Positions 55,555 to 64,000 of a stretch of 64,000 bases of DNA are shown here, piece after piece. The stretch's first letter is position 1; each line of letters begins with the position of its first letter. Origin of the DNA: an uncultured Eubacteriales bacterium (GTDB lineage: Bacteria > Bacillota > Clostridia > Christensenellales > CAG-138); contig ONNZ01000005.1 in assembly GCA_900319345.1 (NCBI GenBank), positions 18,581 through 82,580 of the forward strand. Direction: 5' to 3'. A model generated the notes under the pieces. It worked only from the letters and a program-made list of their open reading frames with translations. It was not told the origin of the DNA and did not search any database. The position numbers were made by a program, and so were the translations under genes.

Positions 55555-56730
55555 TTATCTGATCTTTTCCAAAAACTTGCTGATGCCCGTGCGGCGGACC
55601 TTCATGGCGCCGATGGGGCAGAACTCCTGGCAGCAGAAACAGCGGATGCACTTCGTATAGTCGATGGAAGGTTTCTTGTCGATCATGGTGATGGCCTTGG
55701 CGGGGCAGACCTTACTGCACTCGCCGCAGCCGATGCAGTCCTCCTTCTTCACCTGGGGTCGGGGCTGGACGGCGGCCTTCATGATGCCGGCCCAAAGCTT
55801 GCCCACGATGCCGGAGTATTTATCAGTGAACAGGATGCCCCGTTTCACGCCGATGGTCTCGAAGTCCGGGCAAATGAACTGCTCCCAGCCTTCAGAAACA
55901 TTCAACTCCGCCACTGTGCCGGGGATGAGTCCCCGCTCGTAGGCGGCCATCAGGGTGGGCACGTCCTCCCGGGTCATATGGATGAGGGCGGCCAGCACCA
56001 GGTCCAGCTTGTGGGGCGATTTTGAGGCCGCCAGAAGCCCCATTTTCCGAGGTTTGCCCATGGAGGGGCCGTTGCCTTCCATGGCCATGATCCCGTCGCA
56101 AATGGTCAATACGGGCTTAAAATAGGCGTTTATGTCCACCAGCATCCGGGAGAAATCCGTGGGGTTGGGATAGCGATAGTGATACTCCGGCTTGTCCGTG
56201 CCGGGGATAGCCCCGAACATGTTCTTGCAGCCGCCGGTGAGGCCCATCATGCCGTGGGTCTTCAGCTTGCAGAAGTCGATGATGTAGTCGCAGTCGTCCA
56301 GATACGCCGTGTAGGTGAACTCCCGCATCACCTTCGACTCGGGGAATACTCCCTCTTTGATGGCGGTGTTCTGGTTCAGCGTGGCCCCGGCCCTCTCGCA
56401 GTCGTTGAGGCCGGTGGCGGCGTAAACACGTTTCAAATACGGCAGGCTGAAGGGCCCGCCCGGGCTGTCGCCGATGACGACGGAAGCGCCCCGTTCCCGC
56501 AGCAGCTCCGTGAGCGCGCTCAACAGCACCGGATGGGTGGTGGCCGCCTTGTCCGGCTTCAAAAAAGTGATGAGGTTGGCTTTGACGACTACCCGGTCCC
56601 CTGGTTTGACGAAGGTCAGCCCGCCCAAGGGCTCCAACAGGGCCCGCAAAGCGGCCTTGCACCGTTCATGTTCATAGGCGTCGCAGGGGACCACGGACAC
56701 GTCCAGGGGGCGATTTGCAACGGTTTCCAT
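55555..56730 (-). CDS. DUF362 protein with C-terminal 2x[4Fe-4S] ferredoxin domain
   Basis: KANL, TTHP, KLKTH, KNMFG, MEGNGP; CIGCGECSKVCP, CIRCFCCQEFCP. Confidence 0.9.
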   Translation of the reverse strand: METVANRPLDVSVVPCDAYEHERCKAALRALLEPLGGLTFVKPGDRVVVKANLITFLKPDKAATTHPVLLSALTELLRERGASVVIGDSPGGPFSLPYLKRVYAATGLNDCERAGATLNQNTAIKEGVFPESKVMREFTYTAYLDDCDYIIDFCKLKTHGMMGLTGGCKNMFGAIPGTDKPEYHYRYPNPTDFSRMLVDINAYFKPVLTICDGIMAMEGNGPSMGKPRKMGLLAASKSPHKLDLVLAALIHMTREDVPTLMAAYERGLIPGTVAELNVSEGWEQFICPDFETIGVKRGILFTDKYSGIVGKLWAGIMKAAVQPRPQVKKEDCIGCGECSKVCPAKAITMIDKKPSIDYTKCIRCFCCQEFCPIGAMKVRRTGISKFLEKIR

Positions 56731-56736
56731 ATCTCT

Positions 56737-58092
56737 TTACAGGCCGATGATGGCCTTGGCGATGCTGAAGAAGGTCAACAGGGACAGGGCGTCCACCACC
56801 GTGGTGATGAAGGGGCTGGCCATGACCGCAGGGTCGAAGCCCAACTTTTTCGCGAACATGGGCAGCGTGCAGCCGATGAATTTGGCAATGGTCACGGTCA
56901 CCACCAGGGTGAGCGACACGGACAGGCTCACCAGCATCCCCACCTTATCCAGGACCATGAGCTTCAAAAAGCTGATGGCGGACAGGCTGAGGCCGCAGAG
57001 GACGGCCACCCGGACCTCCTTCCAGATGACGGTCAGGATGTCCTTGAAATGGATCTCGTTCAGGGAGAGACCGCGGATGATGGTGACGGAGGCCTGGCTG
57101 CCGGAGTTGCCGCCCGTGTCCATAAGCATGGGAATGTAGGCGGTCAGCACCAGCTGGGCGGCCAGCGCTTCTTCGAAGCTGCTGATGATGAGGCCCGTAA
57201 AGGTGGCCGACACCATGAGGAGCATGAGCCAGGGGATGCGGTGCTTGAAGATCTCCCACACGCCAGTCTTCAGGTACGGTTTATCCGACGGCGTGATGGC
57301 GGCCATCTTTTCGATATCCTCGGTGGCCTCCTCCTCCATGACGTCGATGGCATCGTCGACGGTGACGATACCCACCAGCCGGTTCTCCCCGTCCACCACG
57401 GGCATGGCGGTCAAATCGTACTTTTTGAACTTCTCCGCCACGGTCTCCTGGTCGTCCATGGTGTTGACGCTGACCACGTTGGTGTCCATGATGTCGGACA
57501 CCTTGTCGTCGTCCTGGGCGAGGATCAGGGATCGGATGGAGATGATGCCCTCCAGGGTACGGCCGGGTCCGGTGACGAAGCAGTCGTTGATGGTCTCCTT
57601 GTCGAAGCCCGTGCGCCGGATGGTCTTGATGGCATCCTCCACCGTGTAGCCCATGCCCAGTTCCACGAACTCGGTGGTCATGATGCTGCCGGCACTGTCC
57701 TCCGGGTACTTCAAGAGCTCGTTGATGAGCTTGCGGGTCTCCGGATCGGCCTGATACAGGATACGCTTCACCACGTTGGCGGGCATCTCCTCCACCAGGT
57801 CCACTGCGTCGTCGATGTAGAGCTCGTCGATGACCTCCTTGAGCTCCGTATCGGAGAAGCGGGTGATGAGAAGCTGCTGTTGGTCCGGATCCATCTCCAC
57901 GAAGGTATCGGCCGCCAGCTCCTTAGGCAGCAGCCGAAATAGCAGGGGCAGGATCTCCGGCTCCAGTTCAGCAAAGATAGCCGCGATATCCGCGGCGTTC
58001 AGGGTGATGAGGATGTCTTTGATAGAGGAGTACCGCTTGTTGCCTAACAGGGTACGGATGGTCATTTCCAGGGAATAGGTTTTTTCCGACAT
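56737..58092 (-). CDS. mgtE: Magnesium transporter MgtE
   Basis: YPEDSAGSIMT, CBS pair, EEATED, GGNSGSQ, DPAVMASPFITTVVD. Confidence 0.96.
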   Translation of the reverse strand: MSEKTYSLEMTIRTLLGNKRYSSIKDILITLNAADIAAIFAELEPEILPLLFRLLPKELAADTFVEMDPDQQQLLITRFSDTELKEVIDELYIDDAVDLVEEMPANVVKRILYQADPETRKLINELLKYPEDSAGSIMTTEFVELGMGYTVEDAIKTIRRTGFDKETINDCFVTGPGRTLEGIISIRSLILAQDDDKVSDIMDTNVVSVNTMDDQETVAEKFKKYDLTAMPVVDGENRLVGIVTVDDAIDVMEEEATEDIEKMAAITPSDKPYLKTGVWEIFKHRIPWLMLLMVSATFTGLIISSFEEALAAQLVLTAYIPMLMDTGGNSGSQASVTIIRGLSLNEIHFKDILTVIWKEVRVAVLCGLSLSAISFLKLMVLDKVGMLVSLSVSLTLVVTVTIAKFIGCTLPMFAKKLGFDPAVMASPFITTVVDALSLLTFFSIAKAIIGL

Positions 58093-58144
58093 GTTTGCCT
58101 CCTTCCTTTTGGTTCGTTAAGAAGAAAGGCACAGGGAATATCGG

Positions 58145-58231
58145 TTATATGCGGCGGCACACCATGGCTGCGGTGCATCGATGTATATGACCGTTCGATC
58201 CGCTTGTGCCGCTACTACCGCCAGCATCCAT
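58145..58231 (-). promoter_or_regulatory. Putative 28-aa leader peptide / attenuator of mgtE
   Basis: SD GAGAGGTG, uORF MDAGGSSGTSGSNGHIHRCTAAMVCRRI*, overlapped by a long hairpin followed by a U-rich tract. Confidence 0.55.
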
Positions 58232-58285
58232 GGTGTCCACCTCTCTTTCTGAAATGATCTCTTGGCGAATCTCCACGCCATACAA

Positions 58286-58315
58286 ATTCTACAACCGACC
58301 CTTCCCTCTTGTCAA
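58286..58315 (-). promoter_or_regulatory. Sigma-A promoter of the mgtE leader
   Basis: TTGACA-N18-TAGAAT. Confidence 0.75.
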
Positions 58316-58359
58316 CCTAAAATGAATGAAAAAGGACGGCAAATCTGCCGCCCTTTTGC

Positions 58360-59082
58360 TCATTTCCTATCCCGTATGGCCAACGCTTTGTCGGGATAGT
58401 TGGTGATGACGCCGATGCCGTGTCGGATGCACAGGGCCATGATCTCCTCGTCGTTCACGGTCCAGGGGTTGATGCCGATCCCGGCAGCCAGGGAGCCCTC
58501 GATCAGGCCGGGATAGAGGAGCGTGCGCCAGTGGGGGTGGATGTACCGGGCGCCGATGGACTTGGCATACTTCCAGGGCTCGTAGAGGCCATCGCTGTAG
58601 AGGATGCCGTACTTCACGTCGGGCTTGATGGCTTTGAGCTCCATCAGGGTATAGTGGTTGAAGGAGGAATAGAGGATGCGCCCCTCCATGCCCTTCTCCT
58701 GCTCCAGCTTCAGCACCTTCTCCGCGATGCCGGGATAGACGATCTGGTCCGTCTTGATCTCCACATTGACCACGTGGCGAGTGTCCCGGATAAGGTCGTA
58801 GAGCTCCCCCAGGGTGGGGACCTTCGCCCCTTTATACTTCGTCATGCCGTTGCTGGCGTCCAGCGCCTTCAGTTCCTTCAGAGTGTAGGACTGGATCAAC
58901 CCTGACCCGTCCGTGGTCCGATCCACCCGCTCGTCGTGCATGACGATGAGCTCCCCGTCCTTGGAGAGGTGCACGTCCAGCTCGAAGCCGTCCGCCCCCA
59001 TGTCCATGGCCAGACGAAAGGCCTCCAGCGTGTTCTCCGGGGCGTAGCCGGACGCCCCCCGATGACCCAAGATGATCGACAT
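58360..59082 (-). CDS. Glycerophosphodiester phosphodiesterase
   Basis: GHRGASGYAPENT, ELDVH, HDERVDRTT, NVEIK, WTVN, ITNYP. Confidence 0.94.
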   Translation of the reverse strand: MSIILGHRGASGYAPENTLEAFRLAMDMGADGFELDVHLSKDGELIVMHDERVDRTTDGSGLIQSYTLKELKALDASNGMTKYKGAKVPTLGELYDLIRDTRHVVNVEIKTDQIVYPGIAEKVLKLEQEKGMEGRILYSSFNHYTLMELKAIKPDVKYGILYSDGLYEPWKYAKSIGARYIHPHWRTLLYPGLIEGSLAAGIGINPWTVNDEEIMALCIRHGIGVITNYPDKALAIRDRK

Positions 59083-59182
59083 ATGCTTCTTATCTCCGAT
59101 CTTTTTTCTCGATTCTACTCTCCTTTCCCCCATCTTTCAAGACCGCGTTGCAATTTTGCCGAAAGAAAGCTATACTCTGCTC

Positions 59183-59860
59183 ATGAGGTACGACAGCATT
59201 CGCGAAGCCATCTTCATAGAGCGCCCCAATCGGTTCATCGCCCACGTTTTGTTGGACGGGGAACCGGTGGTCTGCCACGTGAAGAACACGGGCCGTTGCC
59301 GGGAGCTTTTGGTGCCCGGGTCCAGGGTCATCCTGAGCCGGGGCGCGAATCCCCTGCGCAAGACGGCCTACGACCTCATTTCCGTCTATAAGGGGGAACG
59401 GCTCGTCAACATGGACAGCCAATCCCCCAACGCCATCGCCGCCGAGTACCTCCCCCGGCTGTTCCCGCACCTGGAGACGCTACGGCGGGAGGTGACCTGG
59501 GGCGATTCAAGGTTCGATTTCTGCGGAGTCAAGGGCGGCCGCCCCTTCTATCTGGAGGTGAAGGGCGTGACGCTGGAACAGGCGGATCGGACCTACTTCC
59601 CCGACGCCCCCACCGAGCGCGGCGTGAAACACCTGCGTGAGCTGACGAAACTGCAGCAAAGCGGTACGGACGCCTACGTGCTGTTCGTCATCCAGATGCA
59701 GGACGTACTCTCGGTGCAAGCCAACCGAGAGACCGATCCTGCTTTTGCGGACGCGCTGCTGGCGGCCAGGGCGGCGGGCGTGGGCATCCATGCGGTGGAC
59801 TGCATGGTGACGCCGGACAGCGTGACGGCACGAAAACCTGTGCCCGTGCTGTTCCTGTAA
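59183..59860 (+). CDS. sfsA: DNA/RNA nuclease SfsA
   Basis: RPNRF, HVKNTGRCRELL, SRFDF, EVKGVTL, FPDAPTERGVKHL. Confidence 0.93.
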   Translation: MRYDSIREAIFIERPNRFIAHVLLDGEPVVCHVKNTGRCRELLVPGSRVILSRGANPLRKTAYDLISVYKGERLVNMDSQSPNAIAAEYLPRLFPHLETLRREVTWGDSRFDFCGVKGGRPFYLEVKGVTLEQADRTYFPDAPTERGVKHLRELTKLQQSGTDAYVLFVIQMQDVLSVQANRETDPAFADALLAARAAGVGIHAVDCMVTPDSVTARKPVPVLFL

Positions 59861-59929
59861 AGAACGGTTGCAAAGCGTCCCCAGGATTGATATAATGCAT
59901 CACAATGAGACGAGAGGAGGTCAGAATCC

Positions 59930-60868
59930 ATGCGGTATGGTCGATATGTACGGCTCCTGCTGTGCCTTTTCCTGCTTATCGGCATGGGCTGCAGCCAGTC
60001 CTCCCCTTCCGCCACGGTCGAAGCACCCACCGCTGCGCCCACTTCAGCCCCCTCCCCCACGTCTGCCGGACCGGTGCAGGTCAAGATCACCCTGCCTCCC
60101 ACGCCCACGCCGACCCCTGTCCCCACGCCGACGCCTACGCCCACGCCCACGCCGGTCCCCACGCCGACGCCTACCCCTGAGCCCACGCCGGAGCTGATCA
60201 CCAACGAGATGCTGGATTCGGGCATGTTCGACGGGTACTTCGACGACGCCGTTTTCGTTGGCGATTCCCTGACGCTGATCCTGTCCCATCGAGTTCGGGA
60301 CGTACGGCGACAAGATCCCGACTACTTGGGGAACGCCAAGTTCCTGGCGGCCACAAGCATGAGCGCCCGCGTGGCCAGCTGGAACACCGTGATCCCGGAC
60401 GGTGTCAACTTTACCTATCGGGGCGGCTCCGTGTCCATGACCGACGGGATCAATCGCTCCGAAGCCAAAAAGGCCTTCGTCCTGTTCGGGCTCAACGACC
60501 TTGCCATCCAGAATTGGGAGATCGTGCGGGGCAACTTCGGCAAGATCATCGACCTCATCCATGAAAAATGCCCCGATGTGCAGGTCATCATCACCGGCGT
60601 ATTCCCTGTGACCAAGAAGTTTTACAACAAGGCCGAACCGGAATGGAACTCCTTCAACGAGGGCCTGGCGCAGGTGTGCGCGGATCACGGAGCCGAGTTC
60701 TTCGACTTCTCCGACAAGCTGAAGGCGCCGGACGGGCAGTTGGCTGCGGACATATGCGGAGACGGCAAGTGCCACTTGAACATCGCCGGGGAGGATATCT
60801 GGGTCAGGGAGCTTAGAAAGTACGCCGTGCGACAGACTCGCACCAACTTCCTATTCGAGGATCCATAA
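59930..60868 (+). CDS. SGNH/GDSL hydrolase lipoprotein with (PT)n linker
   Basis: Lipobox GMGC, FVGDSLT, FGLND, DGKCHLN. Confidence 0.82.
   Translation: MRYGRYVRLLLCLFLLIGMGCSQSSPSATVEAPTAAPTSAPSPTSAGPVQVKITLPPTPTPTPVPTPTPTPTPTPVPTPTPTPEPTPELITNEMLDSGMFDGYFDDAVFVGDSLTLILSHRVRDVRRQDPDYLGNAKFLAATSMSARVASWNTVIPDGVNFTYRGGSVSMTDGINRSEAKKAFVLFGLNDLAIQNWEIVRGNFGKIIDLIHEKCPDVQVIITGVFPVTKKFYNKAEPEWNSFNEGLAQVCADHGAEFFDFSDKLKAPDGQLAADICGDGKCHLNIAGEDIWVRELRKYAVRQTRTNFLFEDP
60097..60193 (+). repeat. Coding low-complexity (Pro-Thr)n repeat
   Basis: CCCACG/CCGACG hexamer array. Confidence 0.8.
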
Positions 60869-60884
60869 ACAATCCTTATATACG

Positions 60885-60920
60885 AGAAAGGACCCGTTTC
60901 CGAGGGGAAACGGGTCTTTC
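60885..60920. terminator. Bidirectional terminator
   Basis: GAAAGGACCCGTTTCC-GAGG-GGAAACGGGTCTTTC. Confidence 0.8.
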
Positions 60921-60926
60921 GCTTTA

Positions 60927-62315
60927 TTACCTTTTGATCCTGGCCATCCTCGCCGCCTTTTTCTTGCGCCAGTTCATATTCCGATGGGCCTGTTTTATGC
61001 TGGCTGGGGAAACTTCGTTTTGTGCCAGAGCCTCCTGGAATTTGTTCATGCGGCGATCCTGCACGTTGACAGCGGAGGGCTGTATATCGCCGGACTTGGT
61101 CAGGGCCCACTTGGTGAGCAATGGCCCAAACAACTCATAGATCAACACGCTGAACAGGATGATGTTCTTGATCAGGATACCGTCGGCGCTGCCCAGCTTT
61201 GCCGCTGTGACGCACATGCCGAGGGCCACGCCCGCCTGGGGCAGCAGCGTGATGCCCAGATACTTCTTCACCACGGGATCGCATTTGGTGGCAGAACAGC
61301 TGAGGTAGGCGCCTACGTACTTGCCCACGGACCGCATCAGGATGTACACCACGCCCACCAGGATCACAGCCCCGTCCTTCAGCACGTCCAGCTCCAACTC
61401 CGCGCCGCTCAGCACAAAGAACAGGGCGAACAGGGGCACGGTCCACTTGTCGGCCCGCTCCATCAGATCATGGGACAGGGGGCAGATGTTGCAGAACACC
61501 GTCCCCAGCATCATGCACACCAGGAGGGTCGAAAAGGAGATCCTGACCCCGCCGATCTCGAAGGAGATCATAGACAGGGCCACCGTCAGCACCACGAAGG
61601 CGATGGTCAAGGAGAGGCGGTTGGAGTTGGAGAAGAAGGTGCGCTCCAGCATGGTCAGCACCCAGCCCAGGATCGAGCCCAGCACCAGGGAAGCGGCGAT
61701 CTGGATGAGGGGTTCCACGATGATGCCCACCATATCCGTCTTTCCTGTGACGAGAGAGTTGGCGATACCAAATGATACTGCGAACACAGCAAGACCCACG
61801 GCGTCGTCCAGAGCGACCACAGGCAGCAAGATATCCGTCAATTTTCCCTTTGCCTTATACTGGCGAACGACCATCAACGTGGCCGCCGGAGCGGTGGCTG
61901 CAGCGATGGCACCCAGCACGATGGTAGCTTCGATAGACAGCTTGTCAGGCATCAGAAAGTGCAGTCCGATCAAGGCCACATCCACGAACAGGGTGGCAGC
62001 CAGCGCCTGAAAGATGCCTACGATCACGGCCTGTTTGCCGATGGCTTTGAGCTGAGAGAGCAAAAACTCGTTGCCGATGGAGAAGGCGATGAACCCAAGA
62101 GCCGTGTTGCTGATCACCGACAGGTTCTCCACCTCCGCCGCCGAGGTAAAGCCCACGCCTTCGATGCCAAGTCTCCCCAGGCAATGGGGCCCAATGATGA
62201 GGCCGGCGATCAAAAACGCAGTGACGTCCGGCAGATGCAATCGAAGCATCTTGAACACGCGGGTCATCAACAGCCCGATGAGCAGGGCCAACGCCGCCGC
62301 GAGCATCTTTTCCAT
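60927..62315 (-). CDS. Cation:proton antiporter (CPA family)
   Basis: Multi-TM; ATAPAAT, VALDD, RSVGK, LLPQAGVA. Confidence 0.9.
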   Translation of the reverse strand: MEKMLAAALALLIGLLMTRVFKMLRLHLPDVTAFLIAGLIIGPHCLGRLGIEGVGFTSAAEVENLSVISNTALGFIAFSIGNEFLLSQLKAIGKQAVIVGIFQALAATLFVDVALIGLHFLMPDKLSIEATIVLGAIAAATAPAATLMVVRQYKAKGKLTDILLPVVALDDAVGLAVFAVSFGIANSLVTGKTDMVGIIVEPLIQIAASLVLGSILGWVLTMLERTFFSNSNRLSLTIAFVVLTVALSMISFEIGGVRISFSTLLVCMMLGTVFCNICPLSHDLMERADKWTVPLFALFFVLSGAELELDVLKDGAVILVGVVYILMRSVGKYVGAYLSCSATKCDPVVKKYLGITLLPQAGVALGMCVTAAKLGSADGILIKNIILFSVLIYELFGPLLTKWALTKSGDIQPSAVNVQDRRMNKFQEALAQNEVSPASIKQAHRNMNWRKKKAARMARIKR

Positions 62316-62416
62316 GTGAATAAAAACCTCCCATTCAGATCAAACAAAGGTGTATCATAGCACGAAAAGAAATAAAGTCAAGGGTTTTAGGCCATTATTT
62401 CGTTCATGGAAAAGCA

Positions 62417-62445
62417 TTGACATTTGATAACCTCTTTGGTATACT
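62417..62445 (+). promoter_or_regulatory. Sigma-A promoter of the tRNA-Ser pair
   Basis: TTGACA-N17-TATACT with extended -10 TG. Confidence 0.85.
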
Positions 62446-62480
62446 TCCCTTCGAACGGAAGCGGGGGGCATCGAAAACAC

Positions 62481-62568
62481 GGAGATGTGTCCGAGTGGTC
62501 TAAGGAAGCGGTCTTGAAAACCGTCGGCATGCAAGTGCCCGTGGGTTCGAATCCTACCATCTCCGCCA
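62481..62568 (+). tRNA. tRNA-Ser(TGA)
   Basis: GGAGATG/CATCTCC, anticodon loop CTTGAAA, long variable arm, GTTCGAAT, GCCA. Confidence 0.95.
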
Positions 62569-62573
62569 TATAT

Positions 62574-62666
62574 GGAGAAATACCCAAGTGGCTATAAGGG
62601 GCTCCCCTGCTAAGGGAGTAGACTGGGATAACCGGTGCGTGGGTTCAAATCCCACTTTCTCCGCCA
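62574..62666 (+). tRNA. tRNA-Ser(GCT)
   Basis: GGAGAAA/TTTCTCC, CTCCC-CTGCTAA-GGGAG, long variable arm, GTTCAAAT, GCCA. Confidence 0.95.
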
Positions 62667-62866
62667 AGAAATAAAGAGGGCATTTGCTCTCTTTATTTCT
62701 TATTATGAGGAAACGTGGGATTTGAACGGGTTCGGTAGTGAATGGATTGCCAGTGGCGATCCAGAGCCGTGCCCATGGCCTGCGCCGCCGCGCAGGTCAA
62801 ATCCCATTCCAGCTCACCTGCAAGCATTTGGGGCCGTTGCCTGCGCCGCAGCGCAGGTCAAATCCC
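62667..62866. repeat. tRNA-associated composite palindromic element, copy B
   Basis: Hairpin 62666-62701; anti-T-arm 62715-62727; core 62728-62774; 28-bp direct repeats 62778-62805 and 62839-62866. Confidence 0.85.
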
Positions 62867-62874
62867 TTTTTTCA

Positions 62875-63711
62875 TCAGTATTCATCCACGCAGAAGCAGG
62901 GCTTCCTGGAGGCCTCCATGGCCCGCCAGATCTCCTCCGAAGCCAGCATGACGTTTTGGGGGCCCACCTCCCCCGGGACGTCGGCGTCGGGCGGGAGCTT
63001 GGCGGACACAGGCCGTTCCCTGGCGATGCGGCGCAGCTCCTGGAGCAGGGGGCCGTAGCCCGTCAGAGACAGGACCTCCTCCCCGTAGACCTCCTCCTTC
63101 GCAAAATAGATGCAGTAGCCCACGGTCTTCCCCGCCTCCCGGAACAGAAACCCCCTGGCGTCGTCCGCGGCGTAGTCCGCCATCTTCAGGCGGAACCCGT
63201 CCCGATCCCGGTGCACGAAGCCTGTATAGCGGTCCGCCATGGCGGCATAGACGCGAAAAGCCTCCCCCTCTTCGAAGGGGACGATCTCCCCCTGCAGGAA
63301 TTCTCCCTCCCCCTGCCAATACTTCGTGAAGGTGCTGGGGCGAAAGCCCAGGTGGGCATAGGCCCCCTGGCGCTGGGGATGGTTGAACAGGGCGCGAACG
63401 CCTCGACGTTCCGCCTCCCCCTGTAAAAAGCGCATGGCGTCGTACATATGGCCTCTGCCACGTTCCTCCGGGATCGTGGCCACGCCGGAGGTCATGAGGG
63501 CCGTAAAGGAGCCGTCCCCCAGGGACAGGTCCATTGGAGTGCCATGGATGGCCGAGATCAGTTTGTTCCCGTCAAAAACGCCGACGGACCATGCCGGTAA
63601 GTACCGGTTTTCGAAAAACCAGTCCACGAAGGCGGGCGGATCGTCGAAGGCGGTGTCCCATAGGGCCCTGGCCTGGAACAAGTCCGACCGAGTGAGCAAT
63701 CGGATCGTCAT
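62875..63711 (-). CDS. GNAT acetyltransferase (Eis-like N-terminal region)
   Basis: LWDTAF, SGVATIPEERGRGHM, YAHLGF. Confidence 0.85.
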   Translation of the reverse strand: MTIRLLTRSDLFQARALWDTAFDDPPAFVDWFFENRYLPAWSVGVFDGNKLISAIHGTPMDLSLGDGSFTALMTSGVATIPEERGRGHMYDAMRFLQGEAERRGVRALFNHPQRQGAYAHLGFRPSTFTKYWQGEGEFLQGEIVPFEEGEAFRVYAAMADRYTGFVHRDRDGFRLKMADYAADDARGFLFREAGKTVGYCIYFAKEEVYGEEVLSLTGYGPLLQELRRIARERPVSAKLPPDADVPGEVGPQNVMLASEEIWRAMEASRKPCFCVDEY

Positions 63712-64000
63712 GTGACCTGCCCCCGATTATACGCTCGATAGTTCACCGACAGCACGATAGCCACAGTCACCAGGGTGGCCATGATGTTGCTGCCCCCGTA
63801 GCTGATGAGAGGCAACGGGATGCCGGTCACAGGCATGAGGCCCATGTTCATGCCGATGTTCTCGAACACGTGAAAGCCCATCATGGCTACCGTACCCACG
63901 CAGAGGCACCGGCCAAACATATCCTTGGACCGCCGCGCTACCAGCAATATCCTGAGCAGCAGCAGGAAGAACAGCAAAATCAGGATGGCCGCGCCAACGA
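63708..64000 (-). CDS. RodA/FtsW/SpoVE (SEDS) family protein, 3' portion
   Basis: HVFENIGMNMGLMPVTGIPLPLISYGGS; 5' end outside the window. Confidence 0.9.
   Translation of the reverse strand, partial: VGAAILILLFFLLLLRILLVARRSKDMFGRCLCVGTVAMMGFHVFENIGMNMGLMPVTGIPLPLISYGGSNIMATLVTVAIVLSVNYRAYNRGQVT

Noticed and set aside
53567-55651. Extended 694-aa start for acetoacetate-CoA ligase (and similar extensions of gpr, MPG, DUF4298, GNAT, sfsA)
   Set aside because: The extensions overlap upstream genes or promoters; downstream ATGs have an SD, coupling or promoter context and match family N-termini.
5272-62866. The two tRNA elements as attL/attR of a 57-kb island
   Set aside because: Different tRNAs, no integrase, and the interval is full of core genes (dnaE, dapAB, spoIVA).

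Overview
GC-rich chromosomal window from a spore-forming Clostridia-class Firmicute (spoIVA, gpr, spoIIP, dnaE, dapAB, rlmD, nfo, deoC, mgtE). It holds about 60 mostly housekeeping and cell-envelope CDS and four tRNAs: Val-CAC, Leu-GAG, Ser-TGA and Ser-GCT. I saw no integrase, transposase, prophage or CRISPR array. The most unusual signal is non-coding. Two unrelated tRNA genes 57 kb apart are each followed by the same ~200-bp composite element: an inverted copy of that tRNA's own T-loop/3' end, a shared 47-nt hairpin core (42/47 identical, with compensatory changes), and two direct repeats that end in a sense copy of the same tRNA's T-arm. Other leads are a NadD-YqeK-RsfS triple in-frame fusion with a retained internal Shine-Dalgarno (SD), a leader-peptide/attenuator structure upstream of mgtE, several apparently leaderless genes, WalR-like boxes at envelope genes, a catalytic-domain-free SH3 repeat protein, a zinc-ribbon-like insert in a NAGPA protein and a ten-gene operon with two DNA glycosylases. 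All product calls come from recognising motifs by eye; no database searches were run.
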